Of a stretch of DNA of 64,000 nt, positions 21,990 to 31,500 are shown one piece after another (the stretch's first letter is position 1; every line of letters begins with the position of its first letter). The notes beneath the pieces are model-generated. The model saw only the letters and a program-made list of their open reading frames with translations, was not told the DNA's origin and made no database searches. The position numbers were made by a program, and so were the translations under genes. The DNA is from Gemmataceae bacterium (lineage in GTDB: Bacteria; Planctomycetota; Planctomycetia; Gemmatales; Gemmataceae), in assembly GCA_046350195.1 (NCBI GenBank), contig JAXMAW010000028.1, positions 25,490 through 89,489 of the forward strand, read 5' to 3'.

Positions 21990-22758
21990 CAGCCGCCGAC
22001 ACGCTCCAGGACGTGCGAACTGGAACGGCGACGACCGGCCGCCGAGGATCACCACGTTGTCGCCCTTCCGCCTCCGCCTCCTTGAGGTCGAGCGGCCGCC
22101 GATCAGCTTCTCGTTGACGATCGTGCCGAGGTTGCTGCCCTGGTCGCGGACGATATAACGGGAGCCGGCGATCACCTCGAACGAGGCGTGGTTGCGCGAG
22201 ACGTTGAACGGTGACTTGTCCAGCAGCCACAGGTCGCTGAGGGCGATCGCCTGAACTCGTGGGCCTCGTTGGCCTGGCCCAGCCGGAAGGGGAAGGCGTC
22301 GATCAGCACCCCTCGGGCGTCGAGGACGCTGGCGGCGTGCGACAGCGGGTGCAGCGACAGCCGGTACTGGCCCGACTTGCGGCCCTCGCCGGGGCCGGTC
22401 GGGTCGGTCACCACCTTGTCCCGGGCGTCCAGCTGCCGCAGCCGCTCGAACAGGCTGCGGAGGAACACCAGGCGCACTTCGGCGGGTCGGACACCAGCAG
22501 CTGGGAGAACTCGTCCCGGCCCAGCCGGGTGGCCTTCCTGTCGCTGACCGCCTGGGCGGTGTCGCCGCGCGGGGCCGCTCGTCGATCAGGCCCATCTCGC
22601 CGAACACCTCGCCGGGGCCGACCTGGCCGACGGGCCGCGGGCTGGACGGGGTATCCCCGCACGATCTCGACCGTGCCGGACTGTAGCAGGTAGGCGTGGT
22701 CGCTGGGATCCCCCTCCTGGAACAACACGTCTCCGGACCGGAAGGCCACCTCTTGCAT
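21990..22758 (-). pseudogene. cyclic-nucleotide-binding domain plus FHA domain protein, frame broken
   Basis: cNMP domain: FRSGDVLFQEGDPSDHAYLLQSGTVEIVRG (22408..22758) and FGEMGLIDERPR (21576..22607 frame). FHA domain: PFNVSRNHASFEVIAGSRYIVRDQGSNLGTIVNEKLIGG..GDNVVILGG. Confidence 0.7.
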
Positions 22759-22770
22759 GGACCACCTTAT

Positions 22771-23263
22771 CTAAGGCCTTGGCCGGCGGAGGCGCTGGGA
22801 GGGCCCCCGCCGGCCGTTCGGTTCAGCCACTTCTTGACCTTGAGCGTACTCGACCTCGAAGACCAGGTCCGCGTCCGGCGGGATGACGCCGCCCGCCCCG
22901 CGCGAGCCGTACCCCAGCTTGGCCGGGATGATCAGCTTCCGCTTGCCGCCGACCTTCATCCCCGCGACCCCCTCGTCCCAGCCCTTGATGACCATGCCGG
23001 CGCCGAGCGTGAACGAGAACGGCTCGTTGCGGTCGTGGCTGGAGTCGAACTTCTTCTTGGTCTTCTCCAACCAGCCGGTGTAGTGGACCTCGACGCTGTG
23101 GCCCCTTCTTGGGTCTGTCCCCGGTGCCGGCCTTCAGGTCCTGATACCGCAGGCCCGAGTCGGTCTTGACCACCTTCGGCTCCGGCTCGGGATCCGGCCG
23201 CGCCTCGGCCACGCCGAGGGTGAGAAACGCCAGCGCCAAAGCCGCCAGTGCCAGATACTGCAT
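22771..23263 (-). pseudogene. FKBP-type peptidyl-prolyl isomerase with signal peptide; one or two frame changes
   Basis: [35 protein letters not shown], then [59 protein letters not shown]. Deleting one C from the CCCC run at 23102-23105 restores [23 protein letters not shown]. Confidence 0.8.
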
Positions 23264-23648
23264 CACGCGCCTCCGTTCGGGGTAGTTAATCACATCCGCA
23301 TCTATCCTACACCCTGCGGTCGCGGCGGCTCTCGCCGTGTGCCCAGTGGCCGCGCCCGCCGCCGCGCCCTACCATCACCCTGCCCTGCAACGATGGCAAC
23401 CATCGCCGCACGCCCACAATGATTGTGGAGTGGCTCCGACATGCGTACCGGCGGGCTCGGGAAGACATCCACGCCATGATCGCCCACAGGTAGCGGAAGC
23501 GCGCTGGACGTGGTGGAGCTGCCGCCGACAGACCTGGCGGTGGGTCGGCTGGGGGCTGCTCGTGGCCCTCGCCTTGCCGGGGCCTCCGGGGCGGTGGTGG
23601 CCCTTGGGGGTCTGGCTGGCCTCCGACGGCCAGTGGCCCCTTTGAGGC

Positions 23649-23675
23649 GTGGGGTAGGCCCCCGGCCTACCCCAC
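23649..23675. terminator. hairpin downstream of the AAA+ gene
   Basis: GTGGGGTAGGCC CCC GGCCTACCCCAC: a 12-bp perfect stem. Confidence 0.5.
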
Positions 23676-23705
23676 ACTCCCACCGCGCCCGCCCGGTGGT
23701 CCTTT

Positions 23706-25210
23706 TCACGACCCGGCCGTGACGGGCTCGCCCTGCTGTTGCGGATCAGCGCCGCCGCCGTCTCCCGGAGCAACTCCTGCTCGGCCTCGTGCGTCTCCCG
23801 CCAGAACCGGCGCCGCCGCGATCTGGCCGCACCGCTCCTGGAACTGCGCCGGCGTCTCCTGCAAGTCCGGGAACTTGTCCACGAACTCGAGCACCTTGGC
23901 GTACTCCTCCGGGTACTCGCCGAGGATGCGCCGCGCCATCCGCTTCTTGTCGGCCGGCTCCATGTAGGTCGTACTCGACCGCCTTGTCGATCCGGCCGGG
24001 GCGGGTGGAGATGAACTCCATCGTCCCGTCCGGCAGCCGCGCGGCTGGCCCAGCCGCCGGGTCGATCTTCGCCAGGTCGTTCGTCGATGACCGTGAAGAT
24101 CCTTGCCGTGCTTCACCTTGCCGAGGGTAGCTCAGCGCGGCAAGTCGAACTCGCCGTTTGGCCGGCTCACCCTTGCCGTTGTCGTCGTCGTTGCGGCGAG
24201 GGAACAGGAACGGCATCGGGCTGTTCTTCCTCGCCACGTTCTCGCGGCCGTGGAAGACGTTGTCGATGTCCTCGATCAGGGCGATGCACGGCACGTTGAC
24301 CTGCATGTCGGTCCACGCCTTCATCGCCCGTGGTTGCTCATCTGCGCCAGGTTGAAGACGTAGATGGGCATGTTCAGGTCCTCGGCGAAGGCGCGGGCCA
24401 GCGCCGTCTTGCCGGTGCCCGGCGGGCCGTACAGCAGCCAGCCGCGCTTCCACGGGATGGCCCGGTCGCGGTACCAGGCCGCGGGTATTCGCCACGCTCG
24501 ATCTCGCGGATCAGCTTCTTGACCCGCTCGGGGAAGATCAGGTTGTCCAGCCGCCCGGCCGTTGTGCAGCGCCTTGCCCAGCCTCGTCCGGGGAGTGGCT
24601 GAGCAGCCGGTAGTAGTGCTGCCGGTACCACGGCAGCCCGTTGGCGCCGGTGTCCCAGTCGTCCTCCTGCTCCTTCCGCGGCGGGACGTGGTGGATGACG
24701 AACCGGTTCTTCGCCTGCTCCTCCGCCGAGTTCACCTCCCACGTCAGCCGGTTCGACTCGTGGCACGCCTTGCGCATCAGGTCCTCGAAGTCGAGCGTGC
24801 CGCGCAGGAACGTCACGGTCGAGTAGATCTTGGTCGCCCTGCCGGAGTTCGTCGCCGGACGGCTGGGTGCCCTTCGTCTTGCGCTCCAGCGAGTTGGCGA
24901 AGAAGAACGGCCACCAGCCGTTCCAGAACACCAGGCTGCGGTTGCCGAACTGCTCGTACGGCACCAGGCCGTAGCGGCCGTCGCGGTGGTGCTCGAAGTC
25001 GGCGCCGTACATGCTGTCGTAGTTGCGGTACTCCGCTTGTAGCTCTTGACCAGGTAGGCGATCGCCGCCTGGTGGGCGGCCCTCGCTGGGGATCTCGACG
25101 CGGCGGATCAACATGCCGGCGATCCGCCAGCCGAAGCCCTTGACGTGCTCCCAGCAGGCGGCGAGGATGCCGAGGGCGGCCCCGCCGAAGAAGACGTTGC
25201 GAAAGTCCAT
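23706..25210 (-). pseudogene. BCS1-like membrane-anchored AAA+ ATPase, many frame changes; 3' end uncertain
   Basis: N-terminus MDFRNVFFGGAALGILAACW (TM). AWYRDRAIPWKRGWLLYGPPGTGKT read from the reverse complement of 24401-24476 (Walker A). CIALIEDIDNVF (Walker B). RPGRID and YMEPADKKRMARRILGEYPEEY in other frames. ATG 25210 is preceded by GGAAAGGAAGG. Confidence 0.7.
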
Positions 25211-25447
25211 GGCCCTTCCTTTCCCTGACGGTATCGAGGAGAAACGAGGTCCCACTCATCTCAAAGTGAAGAGACGAGGGGCATGGGCTCCGCTCCCTGA
25301 TGTGTTGGGGTACGCCGCGGCTTTCCAAGGGTGACGGGAGGGAAGTGCCCGCGCGGGGGATGGTGGGTACAAACAGCGACCACTGCGGAGGAGGCCTCCG
25401 CCATCCACTGGATTATAGCTGGGGATTACAAGGAGCGTGACAGAAAA

Positions 25448-25493
25448 AGGAGGCGTCAGCGACGGCTTCGCGGAGCCGCTGCTGACGCCTCCT
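25448..25493 (-). terminator. rho-independent terminator of the giant gene
   Basis: AGGAGGCGTCAGC (25448-60) pairs with GCTGACGCCTCCT (25481-93). On the minus strand the stem is followed by CCTTTTTCTG. It lies 18 nt after the TAG stop (25511-13). Confidence 0.75.
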
Positions 25494-25510
25494 GACCCCC
25501 AGCGTTGGGG

Positions 25511-28500
25511 CTACTCGCGACGCAGTACCACGGCGTTGCCCAGGTAGAGCACCCGGAACCGCTTGCCGCTGAGGGTCACGAACGAGCCGTTGGGCAGCCC
25601 GGCGAACGTCCCGTTGACCGTCCCGCCGACCGTCTCGATGATCGTGAACTGGTCGCCGATCGCCACCGCCGGCCCGGCCGTGCCCAGCAGGATCGCCCCG
25701 TTGAGGTTGATGTTGCCGTTCACCACCAGCTTGTCGTGGCCCGAGCCCGGGGTGGTGTCGTTGAGGTTGACCACGAACCGGACGTCCGGCCGCCAGGTGA
25801 CGCTGTTCGTCTCCAGCTGGGCCGTCGGCGACGTCAGGTCGCCCACCGCGACGAGGCCGTTCGGGGCCGACACCGTGATCTGCCCGACCGCGCCGCTGCC
25901 GCTCAGCGTGCCGCCGGCCAGCACCACGTTGCCGACCGTGCCGTTGACCTGCACGTCGCCCTGGGCGATGACCGTCGCCCCGTTGTAGCTGCCCAGCCCC
26001 TCGAGGACGAGCTGGCCCAGGCCGCGCTTGGTCAGGTTGGCCGGCGTCACGTCGGTGATGTCGTTGGTCAGGACCAGTCGGGTGCTGGTGTTCACCCCGA
26101 TCGTCGCGTTGTCGCGGAGCGAGATCGGGCCGGTCCAGGTGTTGACGCCGGCCAGGTTGGTCAGCGCCCCGGCGTTGACCGGCGGCAGGCCGGCGCCGGC
26201 CAGCCACAGCTCCTCGTCGGCGACGGTCATGCCGGCCGGGTTGAGCAGCTCCAGTGCCCCGCCGGCCCGCACCTCGGTGCGGTTGCCCGTGCTGCCGGCA
26301 GCGCCCAGGCCACCCGGCGTCAGGATGCGCAGGGCCCCGGCGAGGATGATCGTCACGCCCTCGTAGGTGCTGTCCTGGGTCAGCGTCATCCGGGCCGGGC
26401 CGACCTTGACCAGGCCGCCCGTGCCGCTGACCGGCCCGATCACGTTGAACCGCGACGTCGGCGTCGCCACGTTGATCGACGGCTGCGGGAAGAACGGCGG
26501 GACGGAGACGAGGATGATCGGCCCCTGCCAGTTGACCGCGCCGATGACGATCAGCGCGCCGCTGTTGGCGATGCCGGTCCCCTCCAGGAACAGCTCCTCG
26601 CCGACGACGGTGAACGGCGCCGTCGCCGCGTTCTTGATGGTCCCGTCGTTGTTCACCTCGTTGGCCGGCAGCGGTGGCGCCTGGAGCTGGAGGGCGGCGC
26701 CGAGCCGGACGTAGGTCAGGCCGCTGTTGGCCGGCCCCAGCCCCCGGGGCGAGGTGACCACCACCAGGCCCTCGTTGATGAACGTGGAGCCGGTGTAGTT
26801 GTTGGCGGTGCCCAGGATCAGGGTGCCGGTCCCCTCCTTGGTGAAGCCGACCCCCGGGACCGCCTGGGTGATGACGCCGACGCCCGGCAGGCCCGCCCGC
26901 GCCCCGATCGTCAGGCTGCTGCCCGACTCGACGCCGATCGACGAGTTGCCCCGCAGCGTCAGCACCCCGGTGAAGGTGTTGTTGTTCGAGACGTTCCGCA
27001 GCGCCCCGGTGTCCTGGCCGTTGAACGTCCGGCCGGGGCCGAGCAGCTCGACCCGCTCGTTGACGAGGTTCGTTTGCAGCTCCAGCGAGGCGAACGGGCT
27101 GACGACCGTCTTGCCCAGCGGCGACGTCGAGCCCAGCGCGGCGGGGTGATCGACCCGCAAGGCGCCTTCCAGGACGTTGACCGCGCCGCCGATGTTGGTC
27201 GGTGCGGACAGGATGACCCGCCCCGGGCCGGTCTTGTTCAGGGTCAGGTTGGCCCCGGCGCGGAACTCCACCAGCGGGGTCAGGAAGTCGATCGTCGAGT
27301 CCCGCTCGGCCCGGACGTCGGTGGCGCCGTTGAGCTGGATGTTGCCCTTCCACACCGACGTGCCGGTGATGGACCGGATCGCCCCGCGGTTGAACCGGTT
27401 GTTCTCGAAGTCGTCGGTGTTGTCGTCCAGGAACATGGTGAACACGCCGCGGCCGAACGTGCCGACGGTCAGCGTGTTCGTCTGGGCGTTGAACACCACC
27501 TGCTTGACCTGGACGTTGGGCAGGCCCTCGCCGTAGCGCGCCCAGGCGAACCCGCCGCCGGTGAGCCCGTCGGCCAGCTCGGCCCCGGTGAGCCGGTAGA
27601 CGCCGTTGTCGTTGCCCAGGTAGATGTCGCCGTTACGCGAGTTGAGGGTGACCTTCCACGCCGGCAGGTCGGGCAGCTCGCCGCTGATGTCCACCCACGT
27701 CTGCCCGCCGTTGGAGGTGCGGAAGACCTGGCCGGCGCTTGAGCCGTCGCGGAAGACGTGGCGGACGATGTAGGCGACGTTGCGGTTGGTCGGATCGACG
27801 GTGATGTCGCCGTAGTTGGCGTACGGCCCGGTGTTGAGCAGGTTCGAGGTCGGCAGCCCGGCGTCGCGGCGGGCCCAGCTGCTGCCGCCGTTCTTGGTGA
27901 CGAACAGGCCGAAGTTGGTCAGCACGTAAATCGTGTTCGGGTCGTAGGAGTCCGGCCCGGCGTTCTGGGCGTCGGGGAAGGCCGGGTCCGCCAGCGGGGC
28001 GCCCTCGAACCGGGCCAGGGCCACGCTGCGGATCTTGACCGTCGAGAACGGCTGGCTCTGCTGGTCGGGGAACCACTTGGACGGCTCGCCGATCGTCCGC
28101 ACCGTCAGCGGCTGGCCGTTCCCCGCCGCCAGGTCGGCGAACAGCGTCTCCTGGAGGATGTTGATGTCGTTGTCCAGCGGCAGGACGCTCCGCTGCACGA
28201 CCAGGACGCGCGACGGGTTGAACGGATCGACGACGAAGAGGAACCCGGCGCTGCTGGTGTAGTCGGGGAAGTTCTCGGTGCCGCTGGACCCGAAGATCGA
28301 CTGGTCGTCGTTGTTGGGCAGCATGTAGGGGTAGAGGTGCGGCTCGCTGTACTGGTACGGCAGGCCGGAGCTGACGGTGTAGGAGATGAAGTTGGTCCCG
28401 CCGGTGGCGTTGTAGACCGGCGAGGGGGTGACGGTGTGGACCACCGTCCAGGTCTTCCCGCCGTCCGTCGAGCGGACCAGCTCGTTGTTCCTCATGTGGT

Positions 28501-31500
28501 AGATGAGGTTCGGGCTCTTGGGGTGGATGTAGGTGAGCCCGCCATGCCCGCCGTCGATCGCCCGCGAGTAGCTGGAGCCGTTGTAGAGGATCGTGCCGTT
28601 GCCGATCGTCCCGCCGATGACGACGTTGGGGTTGAACGGATCGACGTCGAGCCCGGTGAACTCGCCGATGTTCAGCCCGCTGCCGTTGATGTTCTCCCAG
28701 GTGGCGTCGGCCGCCATCGACGACAGCCGCCAGACGCCGCCGTCGGTGGCGACGACCACCCGGCCCAGCGGGTCCACCGCGGCGCCGTGGTAGTTGACGT
28801 GCGGGGCGTTGGCCGACGTGCCGACGTCGTTCCAGGCGGGGGTGGCGCCGGGGACGTGCACGAACGGCCCGTTGGTGAACGGCTGCCCCACGCCGGCGAC
28901 GAACACCCGGGTGGCGTCGGCCCGCCCGGCGTTGGTGGTCGTCACGCCGGCCGGGCTGACCACCAGGGCGTTGGCGTACCAGCCGGCCCCGGGCTGGTTG
29001 GTCCGGACGTTGTCGAACGGCAAGCTGTTCGGCTGCGGGGTGCCGCCGTCGAGGCCGCCCGGGATCGCCGGCGCGAAGTCGCCCCAGCCGCCCAGCCCCC
29101 ACTCCGCGACGGTCGGGGCGGGGTTGTACGTCGCCGTCATGCTGAGCAGCTGGCGGAACCGCCCGTCGTTGTTGCCCGGGGCCGGGTTGTTGAGGAACTC
29201 CCGGTCGAGGTTGACCGGGTAGGAGACGAAGGCGAACTGCCGGACGTCGCGGCTGAGCCGGCCGGCGTTGCCGTCGGGCTGAGTCGGCCGCACGCCGGTC
29301 AGCTTGATCATGCCGTTGCGCGGCGTGACGATGTTGTCGATCGTCTCGTCCCCGTTGGGGAAGCCGTTGGCCGTCCAGCCGGCGGTGTCGGCGGCGCTGC
29401 CGGGTATGCCGGGGCTGCCCGGCAGGACATCGGAGAAGTCGGTGAAGAAGCCGAGGTAGGCCGAGTTGCTCGCGGCGGCGACGGTAACGCCGAGGTCGTG
29501 GCCGGTCGGGTCGCCGACCGCGAAGGTGACCATCCGGTACTCCGGCCGGTTGGGGTAGACCTCGCCGGGCACCCCCGCGTCGATCGGGTAGAACGGGTTG
29601 GACAGGTACGGGTTGACGTTGATCACCGTCAGGTCGGTGAACCGGTTCAGGTCGTCCAGAACGATCGTGCCCACCAGCGGGGCGGTCAGGTCCACCCACC
29701 CCTCGGCGACGGCCGGGCGGAAGAACGTCGCCGCCAAGGCCGGGTTGAACCGCCAGATGCCCAGGTTCAGGTTGCCGGCGTTGGCCGGGTTGGCCGGGTC
29801 GAAGCCGTTGACCCCGGGGCCCTCGACGGTGACGTAGAACACGTCGGCGTTGGTCGGATCGACCACGATCTGCGAGATCGTCTGCCGGTCGAACGCCGCC
29901 CCCGGCGGCTGGATCAGCCGCCAGCTCTTGCCCCCGTCGATCGACTTCAGGATCCCCTTGCCGTAGTAGTCCTCGACGGCGTGGTTGGGGTTGCCCAGCC
30001 CGACGTAGATCACCCGCGGGTCGGACGGGGCGACGGCGACGGTGCCGGCGAACAGCACCTGGTCGGTGTAGGTGGGGTCGTTGACGTGGTCGATGAGCGG
30101 CTCCCAGGTCAGGCCGCCGTCCTTGGTCCGCCAGGCGCCGCCGGAGGCCGACGTGATGTAGTACACGTTGGGGTCGATCGGGTCGGTGGCGACCGACGTC
30201 ACCCGCCCGGTGGTGTTCCCGGTGCCGGTCGTCCCCGCGCCGCCGGTCTGCCCGCCCACCGTCGGCCCGCCGCCCAACTGGAGCCAGCTCGGCTGGATGT
30301 TCGGGGCCGAGTTGGGGCCGTTGCCGACCACCTCCAGCGCCTCGCCGCCGATGGTGACGTCGTTCTGCACCTCGATGGAGGCGTCGTTGAGCAGCACCGT
30401 GCCACCCCGCCGGGCGACCGTGCTCGGCAGCCCGAACGCCTTCGAACTCTGGGCGCTGACGATGCCGGCGGTGATGACCGTGTTGCCGGCGAAGCTGTTC
30501 TCGCCGGCGAGCACCATCTTGCCCCGGCCGACCTTGGTCAGGCCGCCCGGGCCGGCGACGTCGCCCCGGAACGACAGCCGGCTGTCGTTGCCCGTGTCGA
30601 GCACGACGTTGGAGTTGAAGTTGACCGGCCCCAGCGCGGTGTTGTCGTCGGAGAGGTTGGTCACCGTCCGGGCCCCGCCCTGGACCGGCGTGCCGGATGT
30701 GACCGCCACGCCGGTGCCCCCGCCGGTGATCTGCGGCCGGTCGGCGCCGACGAGGTTCTTCTGGAACGTGATCGTGTAGTAGTACGACCCGTCCAGCGCG
30801 TCGATCGCCAGCGTGACCAGGACGCCGCCCGCCCCGATGGGCGGCAGGGCGTTCAGGGCGGCCTGGACCTGGGCGGCGGTGGCGCCGAACGGCAGCACCC
30901 GCGTCACCTGGTTGCCGAACACCAGGCGGAAGGAGGCGGTGCCCGGGGCGGCGCGGCGGACGCGGACGCGCTGGGTCTCCGCCAGGCCCGTGCCGAACAG
31001 GTCGATCCGGTCGCTCACCTGGATGCCGCCGCCGACCCCGCCGTTCACCGCCGGGTTGTGGCCGGCGAACTCCAGGGCCGCGCCGTTCTGCACCGTCGTC
31101 GTGGTGGGAATGACGTCGTTGACGTTGCCCGGGGTGGCCTTGTAGCCAACCCCCAGGGCGGTGTCGGACTGGACGCGGACGGTGCCCTCGCGGACGTTGA
31201 ACGCCCCGCTGTAGTCGCCCGGCCCCTGGAGGATCAGCCGGTTCTTGCCGTGCTTGTCCACCCCCGCGGGGCGGTTGGTCGGCGTGACGACGGCGGTGTA
31301 CTCCCACACCGTGCCCGGGTCGCCGGTCGAGCCGCGGTTGACGATGATGTCCACGAACGTGTCGGTGCCCGGGCCGAACGGGACGGTGACCGTCACCGGG
31401 GCCGTCGGGGTGGAGACGAGGCCGGTGTTGAAGATGACCTGCCCCTGGTACTCGATCTCCAGCCGGTCGGGGATGTTGAAGAAGTTGTAGGTGAGCTGGA

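Noticed and set aside
23337-23645. Plus-strand 102-aa ORF (or MIVEWLRHAYRRAREDIHAMI.. plus a frame shift) ending just before the 23649 hairpin; contains a Trp-rich TM-like stretch.
   Set aside because: No ribosome-binding site or motif. The composition is compatible with a shadow ORF. The start cannot be fixed because of the local frame uncertainty.
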